Source of the DNA: Ginglymostoma cirratum
Taxonomy: Eukaryota
Length of the DNA: 64,000 nt
Assembly: GCA_024137785.1 (NCBI GenBank)
Contig: JAHRHZ010000085.1
Coordinates: 3,031,533-3,095,532 of the forward strand
Reading direction: 5' to 3'
Made by a program: the position numbers and the translations under genes. Below are positions 39,160 to 52,030 of this stretch, one piece after another. A model generated the notes under the pieces. It searched no databases and was not told the origin of the DNA. It saw only the letters and a list, made by a program, of their open reading frames with translations. Each line of letters begins with the position of its first letter. Within the stretch, counting starts at the first letter, position 1.

Positions 39160-40915
39160 AAAACAGAAGGCTGGATGAACACAGGAAGCCAGACAGCATC
39201 TGGAAGAAAGGAGAAATCAATGTTTCGGGTATTACACTTCTGCAGGACTGATGTGGTGGGAGGGGGAGCTGCAGAAAAAAAAATGGATGGGAGATGGGAG
39301 GGAAGCTGAATGGTGGTGATAGATGGATTTTGGTAGGAAGTGTGACTTGATTGGTCGATGGGAGAGATGAATCTGCTTGGTGGCTGGAAGGGAGGGTCAG
39401 AAGGTGGAATGAAACAGAGGAGGTGGGTCTGGAAGGGGAGGTGGCAGATGCTTGGGAAGATTATTTGAAATTGGAGAACTCAGTGTTGAGTCCTCCAGGC
39501 TGTAGGGTGCCCAGGCAGAAGATAAGGTGTTGATGTCCTGAGTTGCTGCGACACTGGAGGAGGCCAAGAATGGGCATGTCTGAGGGGGTTGGGGTGTCGG
39601 TGAGTAGAAATGGACAGCGACCAGGAGATTAGGCTCGCCATTACAGGCCAGGTGAAGATGCTCGGCGAAAAGATTACCTTGTCTATGTTTAGTCACACCG
39701 ATGTATAGAACACCACATCAGGTGCACCAGATGCAATAGACCAGGTTGGAGGAGATGCAGGTATCGCTCTGGCTCACCTGGAAGAACTGTTTACAGCCCA
39801 GGATAGAGGTGAGAGAGGTGGTGTGTGGGTAGGCATTGTGTTTTTTATTGTTACAGGACAAGGTAATCGACAGGTTGGAGTGGTTGGTTGGGAGTGTGGC
39901 ACGAAATAAGGAGTGGCAAAGGGAATGGTCCTTGCGGAAGGCAGAGAGGGGTCGGGAGTGGAAGATGTTCTGGGTGGTTAGGGCTATTTGCAGTTGGTAG
40001 AAGTGTTTGAGGATGATACGTTGAATGCAGAGGCTGGTGGGGTGGGGAGTGAGGACAAGGGGTCCCTCTCTTTATTATGTTTGGTGTAGGGAAGTGGTTA
40101 AGAGCTGTTGAGTGGAGAATGGAAGAGGCGTAGTGGAGGGCTATCTTGATGTCAGAGAGGGGAAAAGAGCTTTGATTGAAAAAGGCGGACAACTGGGATG
40201 CTTGGGAGTAGACCTTGTGAGACCAGATGTGGCAAACATGAAGGAATTATGAAAACGGGATGGTGTTTTTGCAGGATACGGCATGGGAGGATGTGTAGTA
40301 CAGGTAGCAATGAGAGTCTGTGGGGGGAGCGTAAATGTCAGTCCATAAACTGTTGCCAGAAATGGAAACGGAGAGGTCAAGAATGGGAAGGGAGGTGTCT
40401 GAGATACACCAAGGGAACTTGAGCGTGGGGTGGAAGTTGTTAGTGAAGTCAATGAATTGCTCCAGTTCAGCCTGGGTGGAGGATGCAGCCCCAATGCTGA
40501 CGTCGATTTAACAGCAGAAGATTTGGGAAAAGGGACCGGTGTACATACTGAAGAGGGACTATTCGCAAAATAGGCAGACATCGTTGTAGCCCACGCGAGT
40601 GCGCATGGCAACCCCCTGATTTGGAGGAAGTGGGAAGAATTGAAGGAAAATTTAGTGAGGGTGAGGACTAATTCAGTTAGACGGAGGAGGGTGTTGCTGG
40701 AGGGGAACTGAAGGGGTTTGTTGGAGAGGAAAAGACTGAAGGCCTGTCGGACGCAGTTGTAGGGAATAGATGTGTACAGGGAGTGCACATCCATGACAAA
40801 GATGAAGCATGAAGGGCCAGGGAACTGGAAGTTTCCAAAGAGCATGGTTAGTGTCCCAGATGTAGGTGGAGAAGGCCTGGGCCAAAGGGCAGAAAAAGGA
40901 GTCGAGGTAGGTCAA
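39160..40915 (-). mobile_element. Penelope-like element in the copy B linker-tail intron
   Basis: FVMDVHSLYTSIP...LTELVLTLTKFSFNSSHFLQIRG, with GIY-YIG remnants (FAEHL) and a terminal repeat. Confidence 0.9.
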
Positions 40916-41027
40916 GACAGTAAAACGTTTTGACTTCATACAGGAAGATTGAAGCATATTATTTTGATTGCAACGTCTGATTCATTCAGATGAATTTCAA
41001 AGCAAAGTTGATGACAAAAAGCCTTAC

Positions 41028-41071
41028 CTCCTCTTTGTGTTGAGTAGGATTTCTTACTTTTTCCTTTGAAC
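41028..41071 (-). pseudogene. Copy B linker exon (GSKEKVRNPTQHKEE), intact
   Basis: caccag| acceptor and GAG|gtaagg donor, 44 nt, phase 1-0, which joins the TM exon to the tail in frame. Confidence 0.8.
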
Positions 41072-41508
41072 CTGGTGACAATAAATTCAGCACCAATTGT
41101 CAAGCGAGATGTGATGTTTGAATTCTTCTGTAAGCCAAAAAAAAACCGTGTAATTCAAATAGCCACACAGTAAAACAGGTAAATTGGATTCAGAATGTAA
41201 CTCAAAACATTGAACACAAATGAAAATATTTAGTTATGCCTTGAAGCTGTGGAAATATTACTTCGTCAGTGAAATTTACCGGACTGCCTTCAGATCTGTA
41301 AAGATTGGATTTTGTGTTACAAAGCTATGAACGTGAACACGTCATGCTCCTGTTGAAGTGAAACAACTGCCCGCAAGTAGTTTCACATCATATATTTATT
41401 TAACTGGACTAATCAGATTTCATTATCCAATTATGTGAAATTCAGGTTGTTTAATCAATACTTGAATGGAAGTTATTTCATTTAGTATATATATATTCCC
41501 ATTCGTAC

Positions 41509-41622
41509 CTTTAGTTATTATTAGGAGAAGACACTTCACAATCGTCGCTGTGCATAATAGAATTGCAAGTGCTCCAATAACAGATCCAGCAACAACAGCA
41601 ACAATGCTTTTTAAGGCAAAAT
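41509..41622 (-). pseudogene. Copy B TM exon (xFALKSIVAVVAGSVIGALAILLCTATIVKCLLLIITK), intact
   Basis: aatag| acceptor and G|gtacga donor, 114 nt, phase 1-1. Confidence 0.85.
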
Positions 41623-42199
41623 CTATTAGATGGACATAAAACTAAAATTAGAAATTGTATTGGAAAGCAGAGACATATAAATTTAAGTATGACATGCTTC
41701 ACTTCCCATGAAGCCACCTTGTTAATATTCTAATACTGTTCATGAAATCTCACATATCAATTTCTCCAGTCAGTTTTCCTGTATGCAATCGGATATAACG
41801 AGGGAAAATCAGAGGAATTTGGGGAAATAACAACAATGATGAAGAAATTTGAATCGTCATCTTATAATTAATCGAAATGAAGACAGTTTATGCATCCAAC
41901 ACCAGCAATATTCCATTGTAAAGAGTACAGATCAGAGAGCAGTTATCGTCGGAGAACATTCTTCAAGATTGACTTTGGAGCATAAATTCATTGACACCAT
42001 TTTAAACAACATTTTTCTCCACGTGCAACCAATCTGACGGTTGAGGGGAGACAATTACAAGTTACAACGTACTTGGCTGACAATGCAGATCTCTAAGCTC
42101 TTGGCTCTTGGATTTTTATGCCACCAGTGCAGAAGGTGACACTTGAATTCATTAAAAATCTGTTATGGTGTTCATGTTAAAAACATTGGCCTCCTTGCT

Positions 42200-42692
42200 C
42201 CAGGAAAAGTGTTGTTAAACTTGAAAGGGTTCAGCGAAGATTTACAAAGATGTTGCCAGGGTTGCAGGGTTTAAGCGAAAGGGAGAAAGGCTGAGTCGGC
42301 TGGTCCTTTTTTTGTCTGAAGAGTCGGAGGTTGAGGGGTGAATTTATGGAGGCTTTAATAGTCACAGAGCCATGGATAGGGTGAATAGTTAATGCCTTTT
42401 TTCCCCAGGATAGGGGAATCAAAACTAGAGGGCATCGGTTTAAGGTGAGAGAGGAAAGATTTAAAAGGGACCCAAGGTGCAACATTTTCATGCAGAAGGT
42501 TGTGCATGTTTGGAATGAGCTGCCAGAGAAGTGGTAGAGGCTGGTACAATTGCAACATTCAAAAGGCATCTGGAAAGGTGTATAAATAGAAAGTGTTTGG
42601 AGGGATATGTACCAAATGTTAGCAAATGTGACTAGATTAATTTAGGATATCTGGTGTAATGACACTGGTGTAATGACCAGCTCTATGACTCT
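42200..42692 (+). mobile_element. CR1 LINE 3' end
   Basis: VKLERVQRRFTKMLPGL... ending ctctatgactcta. Similar to 3625-4025. Confidence 0.8.
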
Positions 42693-44149
42693 AAGACCAG
42701 ATCGTCGACTTAATGTCCTTTTGAAAGTCATTCTGCCATCATTAATTGGCCTTCAAGTGACTCACTTCACATTGGATGGTCTGAAATGCTGTCTAGGCAA
42801 TTACTTATCGACAATAAAGGTTCCCCAGTAAATAACACAATCACTGAATTCAAAAAGAATGACCAACTATGTTTAACAATATGATGACGAGGGAAATTCA
42901 CCGTGCTCTGCATTGCTTTCTCAATGTATGTGAAGAAATTCAATCGACTTCAAAAGAAATAGCGACACAAGGGACTGCTCAATGAATAGCAAGACACCAG
43001 GAAGCTCAGAAAAATAGGAAGATCTTGGACCTTTCGTTCACAGATCACTGAAGGTGGCAGGACAGATCAATAGGACGGTTAAGAAACATACAGAGCATAT
43101 GATTTTATGTGGAATGGTATTGATTATAAGAGGAGAGAGGTTACACTGGAGTTTTACAGGACTTGAGTTAGCTCATAGTGGGAGTACTGTGTCCAGTTCT
43201 CGTCGCCACAGGAGAGCAAGGTGTGGCGTTGGGCTGAAAGATATCTCCGAAATAGACGGTTAGAGTTGTTCGTTAGGTTAATTGGACATGACAATGTGCA
43301 GTTGAGGACAAATGGAAAAGTACAAGGTTACTGCAAAACAACCTCTTTTGGCTTGGAGCGACACATAATATTGTGCAGTTAAAAAGGAACCGCCTTGAAA
43401 GTGTCCTCAGCCTGTTTTTGTCCAGCGGGCTGCGTGGGAAAGAGCTGAAAATAAGAAAAAGAGTGAAGCAGCGTGTAACATTAGATTCAGAGCAGTCGTA
43501 ATATCTAGGGACTTTGCCCCACTCATTGGACTTTCACTGTTGGGAATGAGACAGGTGTCGTGTTACCGGAGACAGAGCTCCAAGTACCGCCATCGCCACA
43601 GTTCCCGGGGAGCGGAAAGGCAGTGTGAAACTCACATGTTGAATATATGTCTCAGTAGGTTAACGTCACCAGTAAGCTCTAATATGTAAATATGTGTAGT
43701 GTAAACGAACAGTTGTAATTCAGATATGTAAAGTATTATAACCCAATAAATTATATATATTGAAATACATTAGAAATCATTTTGACCAGAATTTAAAGAA
43801 GCAGTTACATTGGCTCTTGAAGCATTCTGTGTCCCGGGATGGTCCTGTAATATAGATAGTAGGAACTGCAGATGCTGGAGAATCTGACATAACAAGGTGG
43901 AGAGCTAGATGAACACAGCAGGCCAAGCAGCATCAGAGGAGCAGAACGGTGATGTTTCGGGCCTCGACCCTTCCAAACCAAGGGCATCAAGCACATGGGG
44001 TGGATACTACTGAGTAGCCTCCCGTCTGCTGCCCCGGGAGGTGCGAGATTTAAAGGAGGTGACCGGGTCATTGACCGCTGGGCTGGCGAGGGTGGTTCGG
44101 ACCACTCAGGAAAGAACAGATAAAGCCGAGTAGAAGCAGACAAGTACAG

Positions 44150-45605
44150 TCTGCAACAAAAACAAAAAGTAATGGAAATCACAGCAGGTCTGGCAGCATC
44201 CGTGGAAAGAGAGCAAGCTAACGTTTCGGGTCAAGACGACCATTCATCAGAGCGAGTGAAGCCTGGATGGGACAGCAGTTATACAATGGTGGGTGTGTGC
44301 GGGGGTTGGTGGGGGGGAAGTGCTCGGGGAGAAAGGGTGTTGACAGAGCAGATTAAGTGATCGGAACGTGAGAAGGGCAGAACATTGGTGTGTCTAACTG
44401 CCCGGCTGGTAAGAACAGACAGCCAAACTGTAAAACCTGCAACAAAAACAAAGTTGCTGGAAAAGCTCAGCAGGTCTGGCAACATCTGTGAAGGAGGAAA
44501 CAGAGTTAACGTTTCGGCCCATTGTCGACAGTCCCCTAAATCGGGTCCGACCCATCTCCCGCACATCTGCCCTCGCCCCTACTCTTCCCTCCCGCAACAG
44601 CGATAGGGTTCCCCTTATCCTCACCTATCATCCCACCAGCATCCAGATCCAGATCATCAGACTCCATTTCCACCACCTCCAGCAAGATGCTACCACCAGA
44701 CCCATATTCCACTCCCCCGCTGGCTTCACTTGTCTGCCTTCCACAGGGATCCTTCCCTCCAGGACACCCTGGTCCATACTTCCTTCACTCCCAACTCCTC
44801 CCCACAGCCCTACGGCACCTTCTGCTGTAACCTGCGAAGGTGCAACACCTGTGATTTTACCTCCTCCCTCCACAGTATCCAAGGGCCCAAACATACCTTC
44901 CAGGTGGAGCAACACTTCATCTGTATTTCCAAGAATCGAGTCGACTGCATGCGCTGCTCACAATGTGGTCTCCACTTACTTTGGGGAAACGCAGTATCGA
45001 CTTGGCGACCACTTCGCAGAACGTCGAAGTTCTGATCGCAAAAACGACCCTGAACTATCTATTGCCTGCCACTTCAATGCACCACCTTGTTCCCTGGTCA
45101 ACATCTCTGTCTCCGGCTTGCTACAGTGTTTCAGTGAAGCCCAGTGCAAGCTGGACGAACAACACATCATTTTCCACTTGGGGACACTACAGACCTCAGG
45201 ACTCAATATTGAGTTCAATAATTTTAGGGCCTAAACTCTCCAATGTCCCAGACCCCCACCCTACTCAGCAGGCCTTGTTACCACATAGCCTGCAATTACA
45301 CACCCGCTGTTGTTAGTCACTAACAGCCCCCATTAACAATTATTCTCACAGCCTGATCGTTAGCAACTCCTTTGTCTGTCCAACTGTCATTTTCTCTGTT
45401 TGGGCTCCATCCTACCGTTTACTCCCTACCCCACCCACGTCCCTATTTTCTGCCTATAAACTGAAGTTTCCCAGCCACCATCAGTTCTGAGGAAGGGCCA
45501 CCGGACCGGAAATGTTAACTCTGTTTTTTCCTCCACAGATGTCGCTAGATTTTGCAGCAACTTTGTTTTTGTTAACTTTTCGTGTCCAGTGAGCCTTCGT
45601 CAGAA
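44150..45605 (+). mobile_element. Penelope-like element (subfamily 2) with inverted 5' terminal pieces, nested in the ERV
   Basis: DRVPLILTYHP...YFGETQYRLGDHFAE...FHLGTLQTSGLNIEFNNFRA. 44438-44516 is an inverted copy of the 3' terminus. Confidence 0.9.
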
Positions 45606-46232
45606 CTGTCCTTTGGAACCGGGGTTGAAAACTCATTGACCCCTCCCATGGTGTGAGACCCCAATTCTGATTTAGATGTTCCTTCTCAAAAAAAAAACGA
45701 GGATATGTCAGACTTCCTTCTGTACCCGACATGGGAGGGACTGGAGCAGATATGGAGAGTGAGTAATCCCCTAGACTGGGAAGGCAGCTGGGCCACTGAG
45801 ATGTGATTAATAGGGGGAATCGACTCAGGGGTCCAGAGGCAATACACCTCTTACAGAATTCATTGGAGAAATGGAAATAAAGAGCGCAGGAATCTGCGAA
45901 ATGTAATGGCTATGAATAGATTTGAGTGAGCAGAACCACCGGCACTGGTGTGATTTTCAAAGGGGAATAGGCCACCACGGATGGTGTCTGTGTTAATATG
46001 CAGCGTTAACAAAAATATTGTCGGGATGGATGTTGTTCGGGAGTAGAAATATGGACCCCAATTGGAAAGTCTTGTTTTGGTGAATGAACGATGAATGCAG
46101 TAGTTGGGAAAGATAATTGGGACTCCAATACATCCCATTCTTTCACGAATTGTTAACGGTAAGCAGTGTTGAGGGCACAAAGAGATCACAGACACTATTA
46201 AAGGGTCAGTGACAGCAAGGGTTGTATGACCT

Positions 46233-46334
46233 AACGAGATAACAAGCATGGGGCTGGATGAACACAGCAGGTCAAGCAGCATCATAGGAGCAGGAAAACT
46301 CGACGTTTCGGGCCTAAACCCTTCATCAGAAAAT
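46233..46334 (-). mobile_element. ~100-bp hammerhead-motif element with 13-bp TSD
   Basis: Minus strand CTGATGAAGGGTTTAGGCCCGAAACGTC. ggttgtatgacct at 46220-46232 and 46335-46347. Confidence 0.85.
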
Positions 46335-49199
46335 GGTTGTATGACCTGCTGTCTTCCCGTATAACTGCCTTGTGTGGTCAGTACAGAAACCAGGTGGGAA
46401 CTGGAGAATGGCGGTAGATGACTGACAGTTAAGCCAACATACCCCAACATTTGCATTGGCTTTCCCAGAGATTGTAACATTACCGGAACAACTGTCATTG
46501 GGAACTGATGAATGGTTTGCCGGAATCTCCCTCCCAAATACTTTCATTTCCTTGATGGGAATTCACAGAATCAATTTGCTTTCACACAGGAGGGCAGAGA
46601 GCACACAGTTTGTAGGTTGTGCGAGGCTACTTGCACATTTCAATTCTCTGCCATGGTTTAATAGCCAGGATCTGGAGATGTTCCCTCTCTCCAATGATAT
46701 GACAGCACTTTCTACTGATGATATATTGCTACATGGCCCTTCAGGGGAAGCAATAGCCGAAGACATAGCTACTTTGACTCAGGAACTACGGAATAAAGGC
46801 TGGGAAATTAATTCTAAAGAAATCCAGGTACCAAGCCGGTGTGTTATTTTGCTGAGAATAAAATGGGCCGGGGAGAGGGTATGATTCCTGACAAAGTGAG
46901 AAATAAAATCAGTGAGTTGCAAGCCCAGACCGCCAAAGAAATGGCCCAATGATTTATCGCGATGTGAGGTTATTGAAGAAGGCATGTCCCTCACTTAATC
47001 TAATTACACCTCACCTCTGAACTGGTTTCTTACTCTAACTTTGAGGCACAGCTCCTGAGAGAGACGTTGCCTGGCAGTGGCTGATATGCTGGGTGATTCA
47101 CCGCTGTGTCAAAATGCGAAAGAGATAAAGGGTCACAAACTGTCTTCGGGATTATTATGGTGAACCATGAATTCAGCTCCATTAAATTCTATACAGTTTC
47201 TCCATCCTCAGTACTTTTATGACAACTGCACCCCAAACCGAATATTGTTTTAACTGTGACAGTGGACACAACTAATGGAAATAAATAACCGTCCCATGCC
47301 GCTCGGTAGACACATGATAAACTTTACAGAGGCGAGGCAGGTGAAATGAACTCGTCACTATTCGAGGTAAAGCAGAGGCGGGAAAAGTTGTGCGAACTTC
47401 CATGGGTATTGACACTATATAAGATAGAATTGCTAAAGCTGGGCAAGTAACTAAGAAGACTATTAAACTACTTGTTGTGTGGCCAAACCATTAACACATT
47501 GAGATTTGGCAAATATGTTTTTGACTGATGAAGTGTGGAAGTTTGCTGATAGCAACATTTTGGAAATGTATTACACCCAGATAAATCTTAGTGCTGAAGC
47601 TAACTGAATAATCTGCTCGAGCTGTATATTTTAGCACAATGATTTCAAAGCAACCAATGCATTGCGATCCGGACACCTGTTGTATTGGAGACAAATATTT
47701 CACCTCACCATGACCAACTTAACATTTATGCCTGATTTGTTAAGTGGTCATTACGCTGTCACAGTACGCCATGCTATCTTTAAGAAAAAAAAACAGAACA
47801 TAGAAGCAAATATGGTATCAGTCTATCACCCGACCTAATCTGTCTTGGATATGCCACGGACACCTGTGTATCATGAGAAATGGCTAGACAACAACAATTA
47901 AACCCATCGGGAACAATAGCCAGAAGGCCTGGTGTGCCCCTTATCTTTCCCTACCTTTGAGACATGATACAATCATCTAAGAAATTGGCCTGAACCACAA
48001 GTTTGTTTCCAGCACTCATATTGTCTACCTCAATGATAAGAGAGAGGAACAATCTGCCAATCTAGTTCGGGACAAAACACATGTTATCGATGAGGAAATG
48101 AGATATAAACACCATATAATCAAAGAATGAGAGGCGATAACTGTGTATCGAGTAGGGTATCTCCGCATGTGATATTTAAGAAATTGCATGCTCTCCTTGC
48201 CAATCATCAACAGATTATTTCTCACTTGGCAACAGTACACCAGGGCTACTGACATCAAGAAACTGCCATGACTAACAGCCAGGACCTATTGGTTCGCAAA
48301 GTAGGCAATTTACGAACACTTATCATGCATCATTAGTGGGTCATATTTAACAGGTGGACACCAAAAGCTTCAGCAGTGCGCTCACTGTTACGGTATCCAA
48401 TTGTTGATATTATTTTTAATTGCTCGTTTCTTGTTTTTATGGACCTGTGTAATGGCCTGAAAACTACATTGTGTGTATATCCAAATTGTAGCTACTGAGC
48501 AGCATGTACATGCATGTATAATGTTTTGATAATCTAGTTTGAAGACATCAATGGATGTTGTGCAGTGTGAGCTTAAAAATGACGTCACCAAATCAAACCA
48601 TTCAGTGTTAATCATTCAGGGTTAATTGGGCATGAATATCAGCAATTGAAGACAAGTGGAAAACGACAGGTTTCGAGTAAAATCTGCCTTCTTTGGCTGG
48701 GAGGTAACTGATTGACCTTGGCTGGGTGGGAAACAGAACAACGCACAATCAAAATGGAGCCATCCAGAAGATTTTTTTTCCAGCTTGTTTTCTGTTCAGT
48801 GGAAAACCAGGAAAAGTACTGTAAGTACTATGAAATGGTGCTGTACAATGAACAGTTGATTCATAACATTATTAACACTGGGGAATGCCCAGTCATTGGA
48901 CTTTCACCGTTGGGCTGGAGTCCCTGCGACGAGCACCTTGGAATCTGAGATCGAGTTCCAATTGCTGTCATAGCCAAAGTCCCCGCCGAGTCCGAAAGGC
49001 AGTATGAGAATCATATGTTTAACATATATCTCAGTAGTTTAACCTAACCATTTCACTTTAATATATATCCACAATTTAAAAGGTCAACTATAAATTCATA
49101 TAAATACGAAGTATGAACCAAATAAATTAGCTATACAATGAGTGCACATGTCTTCTTGTAATCATTTCAATCAGACCTTAAAGTAATCTGTTAGATTCT

Positions 49200-49700
49200 T
49201 TCGGTCCAACAATACGGAAAGATTTGATTGCGCTGGGGAGGGTAGAGAAGAGATTCACCAGGATGCTGTCTGGTTTGGAACATGTTAGCTGTGATGTTTC
49301 TGGAGGAGCACGGACTGTTTTCTTTGGAGAAGAAAAGGTTGTGGGGAGCCCTGATTGAGGTGTATACGATTATGAAGGCATGGACAGGGTGGATTAAAAG
49401 CAACTGTTCTCTTTCGTTTAAGTGTGAATAAGAGAGTGCATAATTTGTGCAGGGAAAGGCAAGAGGCTTTGAGCGAAATTGAAGATTGATTTTTCACCAA
49501 GAAGGTGTTGAGTAAAAGGAATGCACTGCCTGGGAGGGGAGTGCAGGTTGGAAAGCTTTAAAAAATGTACATGGACGAGCACGTCAAATGTCATTCCATT
49601 CAAGTCTATGAGCAAAGTGCTGGAAAGTGTGATTAGTGTAAAGAGGTGGGATGCACCCAATGGACCAAAGGGCTTTTTCCGTGCTGTGTAACCTGATGAT
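49200..49700 (+). mobile_element. CR1 3' end, continuation of ~43020-43220
   Basis: DLIALGRVEKRFTRML... resumes directly after the 3' LTR. Confidence 0.75.
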
Positions 49701-50182
49701 ATCCCTCTCGCAGACAGTAAGGACTGCAGATGCTGGAAGCTGCAATCAATAAATGTGGAGCTGGAAAAACACAGCAGGTCAGACAGCACGCGAGAAGCAG
49801 GAAAGTCATCGTTTCCGGCCAAAACCTTTCGAGCGTTTGCCGCTCCACATTTGTTGATATTCCTCCCTATTCACGTTGCCCCTTGATAACATTTCCAGTT
49901 TTTGAATTTAACACTGAACTTATCTTCTGAAATGAATTGCAACATTGTGTATTTAATCTAAATTATTGGACCTCTCCATGACGAATATCCATTATTGGTT
50001 GTCTGCAATGTGACAATATACTGCTCATGTTCGGAATAATCTGAAGAAAATAAACTTTTAACCAGATAATGCCAAATTTATGGATTGACACAATTAAAGG
50101 CAGTTGACTGTAGTACTCACTTTCTACTTTGTAAACATTTTAAAACAGTATCTGAAAGATTAATGTACACCGTGTCATACAA

Positions 50183-50494
50183 TCTTCCCTTCTTTTGTGA
50201 CAGTGTAGCTGGCATTAACTGGAAATGTGATCGAAACGTGATGTACTTGACACATGTAGACTGTGTCACTTTCGGGTATATTTGGCACGTCCAAGGAGCT
50301 GACCACTTCATAAAGTCCGTCACCTCTCGCCTGTTTTACATTTCTAAATCCAGTGGTGATTTGTGTACCGTTTCTGTGCCATGTCAGGTTATCGTCTTCT
50401 GGATAAAAGCCAGATGTCCTGCATTGCAGCTTGAAAGAAGCAGATGAAGTGTCTTCAGAACGTATTTATACAAGTTTTAGAGAAGCTGGAGAAG
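50183..50494 (-). pseudogene. Copy B C1 exon, disrupted
   Basis: ASPASLKLV*IRSEDTSSASFKLQCRTSGFYPEDDNLTWHRNG...YEVVSSL...YMCQVHHVS...NASYTV. The homologous donor position is TT, with the GT 2 nt further on. Confidence 0.85.
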
Positions 50495-51170
50495 CTTCAT
50501 AGTAAATAATAACATTTAAATAAACGTGGACAAAACACTTCTCCTCCAAAACCTAAATTGTTTATTGAACTAACCAACTCCTACTTATCGGTATGGCAGC
50601 TGCATTGATCGTCATTATTTACACTGGTCGGGGTTGCTGTGACTATTATCATGTAGCGACCTTCTAATGCAATTGATACATCACCTTTATGTTCCAAAAA
50701 ATTGGATATTACGTTGTGTCCATATTAATTAACAGAAATATGTTTGAGTTTTCATATTGTACCCTCCTTGCAATCAGCGGTTGGCAACTGGATCACAGAA
50801 AATGAGGGGAACAGGAATTTGGCTTTTCAAAATTGAAAATAAAATGACATTTAAAGTGCTTAATATTGCTGATAACGTCCAGGAAATTCACTCTGTTACT
50901 CCATGCTGAAATCTTAAAAAGTGCTTCACTTGGAAGTCTTACATTAGCTTTCAATGCAACACAAATTCCAGTACCATTTGCTGATAGAGTGCAATTGCTG
51001 AACTATGTCGTGTCGCTGATGATCCTTTGTTTTTGTTTCCATATTATTGAACATGTTGTTCCAACGAAGTGAATGATTTACATTCACTTATATTTAAGAA
51101 AATGTAATTACTAACTCACGTTCACTGTCCATTGGAACTAAGGCCTAACGTTTACTGTGGTAACACGAAC

Positions 51171-51466
51171 CGTAGACATCAGGTTGCGATGCGTGTTTGT
51201 CATCAACCGTTCTGTGCTGATTTTTGGCTACACAGTAATATATTCCAGCATCCAGGACAGTCACATTGAGGAGATGAAGGTAGGCTCTACGTTTCATGAC
51301 TTTGAAGAGATTTTTGCTGTCTTCCTTCAGAAGCATCTTATTACCTACCCGCCACCAGAAAGGTTGATTTCGAAGGAGAAATCGCATCGCAGGATCGCTG
51401 TTGTATTGATCAGGGCCTTTGTTTACATAATATTCAGAGCAGCATTGTCCAAAGTGCACACAGCAA
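51171..51466 (-). pseudogene. Copy B V exon, disrupted
   Basis: VAVCTLDNAALNIM*TKALINTTAILRCDFSFEINL, then a frameshift, then WWRVGNKMLLKEDSK...LHLLNVTVLDAGIYYC...DVY. Length 296 nt is not a multiple of 3. Confidence 0.85.
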
Positions 51467-51769
51467 CTGTTAACAAAAGAAATATACCCTGATTAAATAG
51501 GGAAGATGGACTGCACCATGAAATAACATAATTAATCCAATGCACTCATACAGGAACAAGTTAGAATGTCTTGCTTTTTAAATCCTGCTCCACTATCTGA
51601 ATTTCTGCCCTAACTGTACTGTTTTCACTTATCAAGAGGATTCGTAGGACAAGCAAAACTGATGTGAAAGACATGCGTTAAAAGTCTCCGATTATCCGTC
51701 AAATGTCAGTTCAATTGTTCTTCTGTCTTGATAAAGAACATTTCAAACACTGCCAGAAGAAACCTGTAC

Positions 51770-51824
51770 CTGGATATGAAATATACAATAAACAACAGTT
51801 CCACAATGATCCACTCACAAACAT
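51770..51824 (-). pseudogene. Copy B leader exon (MFVSGSLWNCCLLYISYP), intact
   Basis: ATG to G|gtacag, 55 nt, phase 1, 303 nt upstream of the V acceptor. Confidence 0.75.
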
Positions 51825-52002
51825 AGCGACAAAGAAAATCTGGCAGATCATACATCGAATATAAAAAGAGAACTGATGAAAGTTTGTTGGATCATCAGTT
51901 ATGCATCGATTTTAATCACTTGCGTCTACATGAAGTCCATTAACACGTGACTAATTCCTTGCCGGGTGCGGACCATGCATCTGTTTTCATATCAGATCTT
52001 GT

Positions 52003-52030
52003 TGTGGTAACAGTGAGCGGAAATGATAAC
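52003..52030 (-). promoter_or_regulatory. Candidate RUNX/ETS/GATA motif cluster upstream of copy B
   Basis: TGTGGT (52003-52008), GCGGAAAT (52017-52024) and GATAA lie about 180-200 nt upstream of the ATG. The homologous segment is recognisable upstream of copy A (~8560-8610). Motif match only. Confidence 0.3.

Larger units (their letters stand above)
43222..49195 (+). mobile_element. Class III (ERV-L-like) provirus with two diverged LTRs, internally deleted, inserted in a CR1 fragment
   Basis: LTRs ~43222-43809 and ~48559-49195 are co-linear (ggttaattgg.catga; tcattggactttcac; gaaaggcagt.tga). TTGG follows the 5' LTR. RT at ~46370-46990 reads VWSVQKPGGNWRMAVD...PEIVTL...DDILLHG...GWEINSKEIQVP...KWAG. 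CR1 sequence stops near 43220 and resumes near 49200. Confidence 0.85.
36967..51824 (-). pseudogene. Copy B: SIRP-like V-C1-TM-ITIM receptor pseudogene
   Basis: Exons 51824-51770 (leader), 51466-51171 (V), 50494-50183 (C1), 41622-41509 (TM), 41071-41028 (linker), 37345-37235 and 37095-36967 (tail). TAA at 51425-51423 and a frameshift in V. TAA at 50468-50466 and a damaged donor in C1. Confidence 0.85.

Noticed and set aside
50183-51466. Copy B rescued as a V-only receptor by skipping the broken C1 exon
   Set aside because: The phases would allow it, but the V exon itself has a stop and a frameshift.
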